From positions 1 through 29,468 of the IMG/VR virus record IMGVR_UViG_3300032233_001024: 29,468 nucleotides of DNA, one strand, 5' to 3'. Positions 1 through 7,544 of the stretch are shown here, piece by piece. The notes beneath the pieces were generated by a model. It ran no database searches. It was not told where the DNA came from and saw only the letters and a list, made by a program, of their open reading frames with translations. The translations under genes and the position numbers were made by a program. How positions within the stretch are numbered: the first letter of the stretch is position 1; each line of letters opens with the position of its first letter. The stretch comes from a virus (taxonomy: Duplodnaviria > Caudoviricetes).

Positions 1-1
1 G

Positions 2-271
2 ATAACGCTGCAATGAACGAATTCGAGAGCGGTCCTCATATTTATCGTTCGCCAATTGTGGCAAGTACTCGGTAGACTTTTTGAGGGCATCAAATACCAA
101 TTTAGCATCCCGATCTTCCTCTAGGTAAAGAACGTGTCCGCCGTTGGATTGGTATGAGTATGGCGAGATACTTCTAAGGATTTCGAGCTTCGCGGCATCC
201 TTTCGCGTAATGCGTAGCCAACCGTGTGCGGAATCGGTGTAGTACTTAAGTTTGATGGTCTTAACTTTCAT
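2..271 (-). CDS. Conserved phage hypothetical protein, truncated by the window edge
   Basis: Not in the ORF track. Hand translation from ATG at 271: MKVKTIKLKYYTDSAHGWLRITRKDAAKLEILRSISPYSYQSNGGHVLYLEEDRDAKLVF..., open to the edge. The Y-x-D-x-x-HGWL...ISxYSY...YLEED motif is one I recall from phage hypotheticals. Confidence 0.8.
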   Translation of the reverse strand, partial: MKVKTIKLKYYTDSAHGWLRITRKDAAKLEILRSISPYSYQSNGGHVLYLEEDRDAKLVFDALKKSTEYLPQLANDKYEDRSRIRSLQRY

Positions 272-272
272 G

Positions 273-521
273 TTACTTCCTCCCCAAAATAGCCTTGATT
301 TCTGCCTTGATTTCCCGTGCTTTATCGCCCCGCCATGTACTGGCGTTGCATAGGAAATAGGTAAGGACTTCAGTCGCTGGATCCAATCCGTAGTTATCTG
401 AGAGCGCATCAAGTGAGCGCATTGCATGGATGTATGGAACGGCCCCGAAATAGGGCTTGGTCCAGTGTGTGGATATATCAGCGGCAATAGCCGAGATCGG
501 TCGTGTTGTAGTCATAGTCAT
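273..521 (-). CDS. Conserved phage hypothetical protein (82 aa)
   Basis: ORF 273..581; likely start is ATG at 521 after a GGAGA SD. RPISAIAADI..W..PYFGAVPY..AM.SL...YG.D...YFL.NA.TWRG..AR.IKAE resembles a recurrent small phage protein family. Confidence 0.8.
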   Translation of the reverse strand: MTMTTTRPISAIAADISTHWTKPYFGAVPYIHAMRSLDALSDNYGLDPATEVLTYFLCNASTWRGDKAREIKAEIKAILGRK

Positions 522-679
522 TTTCTCCATATGTGCAGGATTGCACCGGGAAGTTATATCATTCTGCTGTAAACAGAACAAGTAACTATCGTAATTGGTC
601 GGAAATAGTTTACCGTTTTGTGATGACGCACTGCACTGTAAACAAAAAGTATTTATTGGCCGTTAGATATCCACATGAG
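522..679. promoter_or_regulatory. Divergent promoter/operator region
   Basis: Gap between leftward genes and the HTH gene. CTGTAAACA occurs at 567-575 and 636-644, plus an imperfect inverted pair GTAACTAT...ATAGTTTAC between them. Confidence 0.45.
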
Positions 680-895
680 GTGGAAAAGAATAAACGGAAT
701 TTATATAGGGCGATCCGAAAGGGTATGAAGCTTACTCAGGCTGATATCGCTGAGAAGGTAGGGATATCTGCAGAGGCCTGGCGTTACCGAGAGCGAGAAA
801 AGGAAGTCTATAGGCTGGGCGAGTTGTTAGCTTTGCGGGAAGTTGTTGGCTTGTCGTGGGATGAGTTTGGTGATTTGCTTGAGCAATGCGCCTAG
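680..895 (+). CDS. XRE/Cro-family helix-turn-helix transcriptional regulator
   Basis: LYRAIRKGMKLTQADIAEKVGISAEAWRYRE is a typical XRE HTH. ORF is open from 533; start uncertain, GTG at 680 chosen because it gives a Cro-sized protein. Confidence 0.8.
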   Translation: MEKNKRNLYRAIRKGMKLTQADIAEKVGISAEAWRYREREKEVYRLGELLALREVVGLSWDEFGDLLEQCA

Positions 896-1316
896 TGTTC
901 TATTGAATAGCACAATGTTCTATCGAGTCGGGTCTGCCGTAATCCCTTTCGCCGTTGCGGATCTCGTAGGGTGTCGGACACCACTACCCGCCCCTGAAGA
1001 CCAGTACCTACCAGGCATTGCATTACTCCAAACTAGAAAAGTCTCGCCCCCGCTGGGGAGTCACGCTGCCCACTACATCGCTCACGTTGCCCGCTATTGC
1101 GTGATAATCTTGGGGATGAGTCATCGCCTACCCTGCGCCCGCAGAAATCAACAGGGTTCGAATAAAACGTTTTGGAATCGTATGGGAATCGCAAGATTCC
1201 AGGTAATAGGCTCAGCTTTCCGTTTTGGTTTTGATTTGAAAGTGGGGGAGTGGTGGAGACGCCGCCGCCTTCTTCTTTCCACATAAAAATCCCCTTATAT
1301 AGAAACAACCATTGTT

Positions 1317-1802
1317 ATGACTGATAAACTAAAAGATGACTTACCAGAGATAGTAGATCAGCTTAGTGAGCTTCCTGAAGTGGTTGATTTGAATGGCGAG
1401 CCGGTTGTTATTCGTGACAGGGCTCTTGGTCCTCACAAGATTCAGTACGATGAGGCCATTGGTCGTCAGGTCCGTGAGCTTGCTCGGCTTGGGCTCTCTA
1501 AAAATGCAGTTCGTATTGTAGCTAAGGCCAGTAAGCTAAGGTTTGATGACCTGTATGGCGATGACTTTTACGAGGGTCAGGCCATGATGCAGAACCGGAT
1601 AGCGATGTTGGCTATGGAGCAAGCAGAGGCTGGCAATGTGCCCATGCTTATGTACCTGTGTAAGACCAAGTTAGGTTGGAACGAGACTAACATTGTTGAG
1701 CACGTTGGAGAGGTTCGGTCGGTAGTGAGTGCGGTTCCGATGACTCGGGAGCAGTTTGAGCAGAGGTACTTGAATGTATCGAAGGACGACTCTGAGGACT
1801 AA
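1317..1802 (+). CDS. terS: Terminase small subunit (putative)
   Basis: 161 aa with an HTH-like segment (QVRELARLGLSKNAVRIV), then AMEQAEAGNVPMLMYLCKTKLGWNET..VEHVG typical of TerS oligomerisation/C-terminal regions; first gene of the operon containing terL. Confidence 0.75.
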   Translation: MTDKLKDDLPEIVDQLSELPEVVDLNGEPVVIRDRALGPHKIQYDEAIGRQVRELARLGLSKNAVRIVAKASKLRFDDLYGDDFYEGQAMMQNRIAMLAMEQAEAGNVPMLMYLCKTKLGWNETNIVEHVGEVRSVVSAVPMTREQFEQRYLNVSKDDSED

Positions 1803-1971
1803 ACTACCACGGGTAGAAAAAGTTGTTTATTACCAATGTCCGAGTTGTGGATATGTTAGTATAAGGGTTACGAGCCTTAAGTGGATTGAGTGTGGGCATA
1901 AGCGTTGCACTCGTAAGTTTCCGCTTAGGGGCAACATGGTGACTAAAGAAGACTATGAAAGGACGTGGTGA
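1774..1971 (+). CDS. Small zinc-ribbon protein
   Basis: CPSC...CGHKRC Cys pairs; GAGGT SD upstream; stop overlaps the next start (TGATG). Confidence 0.6.
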   Translation: MYRRTTLRTKLPRVEKVVYYQCPSCGYVSIRVTSLKWIECGHKRCTRKFPLRGNMVTKEDYERTW

Positions 1972-2198
1972 TGAATAAAACACCAGAAGAGTTGGCAGAG
2001 GAGTATAAAAATAAGATAGCTCAAAGAGACATCTACGCCATGGGAACGCTCAGTCAGAGAGAGCTGGATTACTTAAAGGAAGGCTTCCTCGCTGGCTATC
2101 AGGCCGCAAAGGATCAGTATGAAGCTAAGATTAAAGAGCTAGAAACAGAGCTTGATAATTGGAACCACGAGGCGATACATGGGGACGAAGGACTATGA
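1971..2198 (+). CDS. Hypothetical protein, KTPEELAEEY-module copy 1 with a coiled-coil tail
   Basis: ORF 1965..2198; ATG at 1971 overlaps the upstream stop; shares its N-terminal module with the genes at 2195 and 2673. Confidence 0.75.
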   Translation: MNKTPEELAEEYKNKIAQRDIYAMGTLSQRELDYLKEGFLAGYQAAKDQYEAKIKELETELDNWNHEAIHGDEGL

Positions 2199-2545
2199 AA
2201 ACACCTGAAGAGTTGCTTAAAACATACATGGATAGAGATGATGTAATTTGTCCAGCAATAAACCACGCTGCCGAACATCTTGTAGAAGCTGCGTTCATCG
2301 CTGGTTGTGAGGCTGCTCAATTAGTAGAAGCGGATAAATGGATATTTGTAGATTATAATACTCCAGAGTTTGTGCGTAATTTGCCGTTATTTATTAGCAG
2401 AGTTTTAGCAGTAAGCAAAAATGGCAGACAATTTATTACATCATTTGATCATGAAACTGATAAATGGGATTTAAGCGAACATGAATTAAATAAAAACGAT
2501 TACATTGTGGCTTGGACACAAATTAGTAATCCAAAAAATGTATGA
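2195..2545 (+). CDS. Hypothetical protein, module copy 2 with a DUF551-like C-terminus
   Basis: ATGA overlap at 2195-2198. KWIFVDYNTPE...RVLA...IVAWTQISNPK resembles DUF551 (WISV...LPE...VTHWMPLP.PP). Confidence 0.7.
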   Translation: MKTPEELLKTYMDRDDVICPAINHAAEHLVEAAFIAGCEAAQLVEADKWIFVDYNTPEFVRNLPLFISRVLAVSKNGRQFITSFDHETDKWDLSEHELNKNDYIVAWTQISNPKNV

Positions 2546-2676
2546 GTAAAGTGCCACTAAAACAACATGAATGGCACTTATCGGTAGATAAGCAAGAGCA
2601 GCGTAGACTCATCAATAAAAAGCGACGCAAAAAGCTAAAGAGATTAAACAAAACCGCACGAGGCAAATTAAAATGA
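2542..2676 (+). CDS. Small basic protein (44 aa)
   Basis: Not in the ORF track. MSKVPLKQHEWHLSVDKQEQRRLINKKRRKKLKRLNKTARGKLK; ATGA overlaps at both ends fill the gap exactly. Confidence 0.7.
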   Translation: MSKVPLKQHEWHLSVDKQEQRRLINKKRRKKLKRLNKTARGKLK

Positions 2677-3044
2677 GTAAAAGCCCAGAAGAGTTGGCGG
2701 ATGAGTATGCAAACAAACATGAATGTGGCGATCAAGCATGGGGTGGTGCGTATGGCGGGTTTCTTGCTGGCTATAAAGCCGCAAAGGATCAGCAAGCGAA
2801 TATTGGCAAGGTGATACACCTGGTATGGGAGCAGATTTGGAGAGTCGTGCCTCGGTCTACTGATAGTGGGATCACTCCTTGCTTTAATGAGACAGTTGTT
2901 GGCTTCACTCGCGATGGTCGCATAGTGTTTGCTCAGCACTCTTGGGATGGGTGGATAATTGAAAGCGACGGCATGGAGCGCCCCATGTCATATATCACCC
3001 ACTGGATGCCGCTACCAAATCCACCAAAAGATGATACATTATGA
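2673..3044 (+). CDS. Hypothetical protein, module copy 3 with a DUF551-like C-terminus
   Basis: N-terminal MSKSPEELADEY...GFLAGYKAAKDQ; C-terminal ITHWMPLPNPPKD is the DUF551 signature. Confidence 0.75.
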   Translation: MSKSPEELADEYANKHECGDQAWGGAYGGFLAGYKAAKDQQANIGKVIHLVWEQIWRVVPRSTDSGITPCFNETVVGFTRDGRIVFAQHSWDGWIIESDGMERPMSYITHWMPLPNPPKDDTL

Positions 3045-3046
3045 GG

Positions 3047-3145
3047 GCGACTGGTTGTGTAATGGGGGCGTTTTTGCTGTTTCCTGTCACGGTACACATT
3101 TACGGACGACTCGAAGATTAACAGCGTCAGAGGTCTGACAGTCGC
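3047..3145 (+). ncRNA. Candidate structured cis-regulatory RNA, family unknown
   Basis: Closing helix GCGACTG 3047-3053/CAGTCGC 3139-3145; TGTGTA 3056-3061/TACACA 3093-3098; TCAG 3127-3130/CTGA 3135-3138; crossing pair GCTGTT 3076-3081/AACAGC 3120-3125. Confidence 0.4.
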
Positions 3146-3152
3146 AATTTTT

Positions 3153-3353
3153 ATGGGCTTAGAACACAGCGTTAAAGACGAGCCAACCGACTCAATGAGA
3201 TGCCCTTATTGTAACCATGTATCCACAGTAAGCTGTGAAGAGGGCAAGGATAAGTGGTTTTACTGCCAGAATCCCCGTTGCAACGTAGAGCGTATCTATG
3301 GGCCAAATGCCGTTATGGTGTCGTGCCTTTGCGATGATTCGCACAAGGCATAA
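3153..3353 (+). CDS. Small zinc-finger protein
   Basis: CPYC...CQNPRC; stop overlaps the terL start (TAATG). Confidence 0.7.
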   Translation: MGLEHSVKDEPTDSMRCPYCNHVSTVSCEEGKDKWFYCQNPRCNVERIYGPNAVMVSCLCDDSHKA

Positions 3354-4759
3354 TGGAAGGAATAGCAGAGCAAGTTATTTGGAGTCCTCAGGCTGGTCCT
3401 CAGGAAATCCTTGTTAACTGTCCTGTTACCCTTATAGGCTACGGAGGGGCTCGTGGTGGCGGTAAAACAGACGGGGCCTTGGGTAAGATAGCCGTCGAGC
3501 AAGATCGCCAAGGAAAGGCGTTTAACGCCATCTTCTTCCGCAAGGAACTCCCACAAGCAGACGACCTTATTGAGCGAGCCAAGGAAATATACCTTCCGCT
3601 AAAAGCTCACTGGCAGGACCAGAAAAAGCAATTCACATTTCCTAGTGGCGGCAGACTTCGTTTCAGGCCACTCGGTAACGATGATGATGCCGAGAAGTAT
3701 CAGGGTCAAAACCTTACCCTTTGTTGCGTCGAGGAAGCTGGAAACTACGCAGACCCATCTCCGATCTTTAAGCTGTTTGGAGCACTTCGAGGTGAGGGAG
3801 GTGGTCAGGTTCTACTTACTTTCAATCCAGGTGGCGTAGGGCACACATGGCTTAAAAAGATGTTTGTAGAGCCGTGGCCCTCCGGCAAGAAGATACTTTG
3901 GAAAGAGCTGCCAAACGGCGACAAGTTTGACTACATCTATATTCCAAGCAAGGTCACTGATAACCAAATCCTGCTTGCAAAAGACCCGAAGTACATAAGT
4001 CGACTGCACATGGTCGGCTCCCCTGAATTAGTCCGTGCATGGTTAGAAGGCGATTGGGAGATTCATGAAGGAAGCTTTTTCCCTGAGTTCAGTAGCAAGC
4101 ATATTATACCACCTTTTAATGTACCTAAGCATTGGCCTCGGTATCTTGGGTATGATTGGGGTTATCACAGTCCTTTCGCTGCTATCTGGGGCGCTGTTAG
4201 CTCTGGACGAGATGATAAGGGCAACGAGGTCCCGTACCCGAAAGGTGCCATCATTATTTACCGAGAAATGTACGGTAAGGGAGTCGATAACGTCAGTCAG
4301 GCCCACAGAATTGCAGCCGCTTCAGTTGGTGAAAACGTCCATGCCGCTGCTGATCCTTCCATCTTCAACAACCAGGGAGGGCCAACTATTGCCAACCAAT
4401 TCCACGAAGTCTTTGCCAGGTACAAGCACCCCAACTTCAAACAGGCCGACAATGACCGTTTATCGGGGTGGAGTCAGATAAGACAAAGGTTGGTTGCAAA
4501 GCCTCCATTGCTGTATATTACCAGCAACTGTCCATACCTGTTAGAAACGCTGCCAGCATTGGCCATTGATAAAAAGAAACCCGAGGATGCAGATTCCAAG
4601 GGAGACGATCATGCTTGTGATGCTTTACGCTACTTGTGTAAAGAGCGTCTTCTTGACAGTAAGTGGGAGCAGCCACCAGATGTATTTAATAAGGGCGTTG
4701 TAAAGTTACAGGCGTACATAGCTCAGATGCGAGCCAAAACGACCAGGACAAGGATCTAA
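3353..4759 (+). CDS. terL: Terminase large subunit
   Basis: Q motif WSPQAGPQ, Walker A GGARGGGKT, Walker B LCCVEEAG, coupling motif TFNPGG, RNase H-like nuclease GYDWG...DDHACDALRY. Confidence 0.97.
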   Translation: MEGIAEQVIWSPQAGPQEILVNCPVTLIGYGGARGGGKTDGALGKIAVEQDRQGKAFNAIFFRKELPQADDLIERAKEIYLPLKAHWQDQKKQFTFPSGGRLRFRPLGNDDDAEKYQGQNLTLCCVEEAGNYADPSPIFKLFGALRGEGGGQVLLTFNPGGVGHTWLKKMFVEPWPSGKKILWKELPNGDKFDYIYIPSKVTDNQILLAKDPKYISRLHMVGSPELVRAWLEGDWEIHEGSFFPEFSSKHIIPPFNVPKHWPRYLGYDWGYHSPFAAIWGAVSSGRDDKGNEVPYPKGAIIIYREMYGKGVDNVSQAHRIAAASVGENVHAAADPSIFNNQGGPTIANQFHEVFARYKHPNFKQADNDRLSGWSQIRQRLVAKPPLLYITSNCPYLLETLPALAIDKKKPEDADSKGDDHACDALRYLCKERLLDSKWEQPPDVFNKGVVKLQAYIAQMRAKTTRTRI

Positions 4760-4762
4760 AGT

Positions 4763-7234
4763 ATGAAGCCATTAGTTGATAAGTTCTCTGGACGTTATTG
4801 GAAGATCGAGCTAACGAAAGCCAAGGAACGCTCCAAGCAATTCATCGACATGGCAGAGGAGTCAATCCGAGTATACAACGCACAGAAGCAGTTAAATGTT
4901 TTCACAGATGCAGAGCGAAGACTTAATAGTTGGTGGTATTGCGTTAATACTCTCCTGCCAGCTTATTACTCTTCTACTCCGAAAGCCGAAGTAAGCTTGC
5001 GTAAGCGCACAGGTGGCGTCCTCGAAGAGCTTTCTGCAACCATCCTTGAGCGCAACATTCAGTATCAAATGGATGTTAACTTTGCGTTTGATACGGTTGG
5101 ATACAATGCAGCGCTCCAACTTCTTCTTACTGGCCGCTCCGTTTTATGGCCTCGTTATGAAGCGGAGTTGGAAGATGAAGATATGGAAATTGCCATCTTT
5201 AAAGCTCCAGACGGCATATACATCGACGACAAGGGCGCTCCATTTGACGTTAAAGGCAAGGAACTTCGAGAGGGACCAGGGAACATTACCCTAGTTAAAA
5301 TAACCGTAGAGGCTAAGAAAGAAGAGTACGCTTGCCTCGACGTAGTTCAGTATTGCGATTATTTCTGTTCTGATTCACGCAATGAAACAGAAGTAGAGTG
5401 GAGGGCACGCAGGGCGTACATTTCTCGTGAGCAAGCCCAAAAGCTATTCGGTGATATAGCTGGGAAGCTTAGTTACGATTCGTTCCCTGACAGGGACAAG
5501 CGTGGGTACAAAGAAGAAAATTCTAAGTTTGAAGGTAAAGCCGAAGTATTTGAGATTTGGTGCGAGGAGTCGTACAAAGTTTATTGGGTTCATGAGCCCC
5601 TTCAAGAGGGCATCATTATGGAGTCAGATCCTCCATTTGAGTTTGAAAGCTTTTACCCATGCTCGGTCATATCGCAAAACCAAGACCCAGACTCGGTTAT
5701 TCCGATATCTGACTACGCTCATGTCAAAGATCAGGTTCTTGAGGTAGAGCGCCTCACTACTCGTATCCACGCTGTCACTCAGGCTATCCGCACAAACGCT
5801 CTTTACGATGCTTCGCTCGGTACCCAGGTAGAATCACTTCTTACTGGCGACCTGAAGCTTACTCCAGTTATTAACTGGCCATCGTATAAGGGCCGTGGCG
5901 GCCTCGCCAATGGTGTAGAATTCTTGGACGTTGCTCCATATATCAACGCTCTTCAAACGCTTCAGGCAGCTCGTCAGAGCGCCCTACAGCAGCTCTATGA
6001 AACACTGAAGGTGTCAGACCTTCTTCGAGGCACAAGCGACCAATACAAGTCGGCTACAGCTAATCGACTTGAGAATGCTTGGTCTTCGATGGGTCTTGTC
6101 GTTCGGCAAAATATGTTCACCAAGTTCGTATCCGATGCGATAGAGAAACTTGGCACGATTATTGCGTCACAGTTTGAGCCAGAAGAAATCTTTGAGATCG
6201 GAGACGCAGACAGAATTATTGCTGCAGTTCTTCCGCCGCCACCTCCTCCACCTGTTGGACCTGATGGGCAACCAATTCCTGTTCCTCCTCCAAACCCACA
6301 GATGCAGATCGACATGGTAAAGCAGCAGATCATTTCGCTCCTGCGAGATGATGATAGGCTTACTTATCGTATCCGTATTGCTTCTGACTCGATGGTTGCT
6401 ATTGACCAGATGCAAGAACAGCAAGAGGGAGCCCAGCTCATGGCAACGGCTGGCGAGTTCTTCAATCAAATGCGTTCACTTATTGAACAATACCCACCGC
6501 TTCTTGGTTTTTCTATAGAGCTATTTCAAAATGTTATTAAACGCTTTAAGTCAGGCAAAGAACTTGACGGTATCTTCACTAAAGCACTTGGTCAGATCGG
6601 TGAGATTGCACAGGCTAAGGAAGAAGCTGCGAAACAACCGCCGCCTCCAGATCCTGTTATGCAGGAAGTACAAGGACGACTGCAAATAGCGCAGATGGAG
6701 TCTCAAGCTCGTATTGAGGCTACTCGTATGCAGATGGCTGACGCCCACGAAAAGAATATGCTGGCCTTTCAAGAACAGCAGATCAAGTCGCAGCGTGAAC
6801 AGCTTATGGCTCAACTTGAGATTCAAAAGCAGCAGTTTAACGAGTACATTCGTCAGCAAGAAGTCGCCATCTCTCAACAGGAAGCTCAGGTTAAAGCCAA
6901 CAGCGTTCAGGTTGATATGCTTAAGATCCAGGCAATGTCTGAAAGCGAGGCAAGCAAGCAAGCCATTTCGCAAGAAAGCAATCGCATGGCGCAAATTCTT
7001 GAGATACAAAAGCTTGAACTCGAGCAAATGCGTATGCGTCTATCTGAGTCTGAAAAGCTTATGGAAGAGCGCAGACTTGAATCAGAACAGCAATTGGAAA
7101 AGATTCGGCTTGCTATGGATACCGTAAAGCTCGGTTCGCAAGAGGCAACCAGACAGCAACCAATTGTTATCAACAATGTAATTCCAAAACGTGCAAAGCG
7201 AGTTGGTAAAGTTACAATGGATGACGATGAGTAA
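4763..7234 (+). CDS. Portal protein (P22-like, long C-terminal coiled coil)
   Basis: 823 aa directly after terL; VFEIW, YPC...PISDY and SATA motifs of podoviral portals; Pro-rich loops; Q/E-rich helical tail. Confidence 0.88.
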   Translation: MKPLVDKFSGRYWKIELTKAKERSKQFIDMAEESIRVYNAQKQLNVFTDAERRLNSWWYCVNTLLPAYYSSTPKAEVSLRKRTGGVLEELSATILERNIQYQMDVNFAFDTVGYNAALQLLLTGRSVLWPRYEAELEDEDMEIAIFKAPDGIYIDDKGAPFDVKGKELREGPGNITLVKITVEAKKEEYACLDVVQYCDYFCSDSRNETEVEWRARRAYISREQAQKLFGDIAGKLSYDSFPDRDKRGYKEENSKFEGKAEVFEIWCEESYKVYWVHEPLQEGIIMESDPPFEFESFYPCSVISQNQDPDSVIPISDYAHVKDQVLEVERLTTRIHAVTQAIRTNALYDASLGTQVESLLTGDLKLTPVINWPSYKGRGGLANGVEFLDVAPYINALQTLQAARQSALQQLYETLKVSDLLRGTSDQYKSATANRLENAWSSMGLVVRQNMFTKFVSDAIEKLGTIIASQFEPEEIFEIGDADRIIAAVLPPPPPPPVGPDGQPIPVPPPNPQMQIDMVKQQIISLLRDDDRLTYRIRIASDSMVAIDQMQEQQEGAQLMATAGEFFNQMRSLIEQYPPLLGFSIELFQNVIKRFKSGKELDGIFTKALGQIGEIAQAKEEAAKQPPPPDPVMQEVQGRLQIAQMESQARIEATRMQMADAHEKNMLAFQEQQIKSQREQLMAQLEIQKQQFNEYIRQQEVAISQQEAQVKANSVQVDMLKIQAMSESEASKQAISQESNRMAQILEIQKLELEQMRMRLSESEKLMEERRLESEQQLEKIRLAMDTVKLGSQEATRQQPIVINNVIPKRAKRVGKVTMDDDE

Positions 7235-7544
7235 ATATAAACTATACCAATGGTGTCCAGCCCAAGAGAAAGTGGTTCCCGTCGAAGAGGTTAAGCGAGT
7301 CGTTCACGCTAATGCCGCACACAATTTCATTCACGATGAAATGGAACCAACCCGTAACCCACTCAATCCAAAAGAGATTTATACAAGTAAAAGTAAATTG
7401 CGAGCAGCATATAAGGCTGCTGGCGCTATAGAAGTTGGAGATTCTTACGACCGAGGGCATTCCCCTGAAAGGGAACAATCTCGTGATACGAAGCAATATA
7501 TCGCTAAATTCATGCAACAAGTGAGGGATAGAGCAAATGGATAA
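7227..7544 (+). CDS. Conserved phage protein between portal and scaffold
   Basis: ATG at 7227 overlaps the portal end. FIHDEMEPTRNP...IYTSKSKLRAAYKAAGAIEVG is a motif I recall at this position in related podophages. Confidence 0.75.
   Translation: MSKYKLYQWCPAQEKVVPVEEVKRVVHANAAHNFIHDEMEPTRNPLNPKEIYTSKSKLRAAYKAAGAIEVGDSYDRGHSPEREQSRDTKQYIAKFMQQVRDRANG

Noticed and set aside
843-1308. ORFs 843..1286 (+) and 1033..1308 (-)
   Set aside because: No SD, atypical composition, no recognisable motifs, and they overlap each other; more likely non-coding.
1971-2792. Repeats read as a CRISPR array or a DGR template/variable pair
   Set aside because: The repeats are in-frame coding boxes with largely synonymous, non-adenine-specific differences and irregular spacing; no cas or reverse transcriptase gene in the window.
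3047-3145. Hammerhead-like GCTGTT/GAAACAGC pairing on the minus strand
   Set aside because: No CUGANGA core in the required position; the helix order also does not fit HDV-like or twister ribozymes.
4757-4765. terL and portal are in frame (TAA AGT ATG)
   Set aside because: A one-in-three coincidence; TAA is an efficient stop and both proteins look complete.
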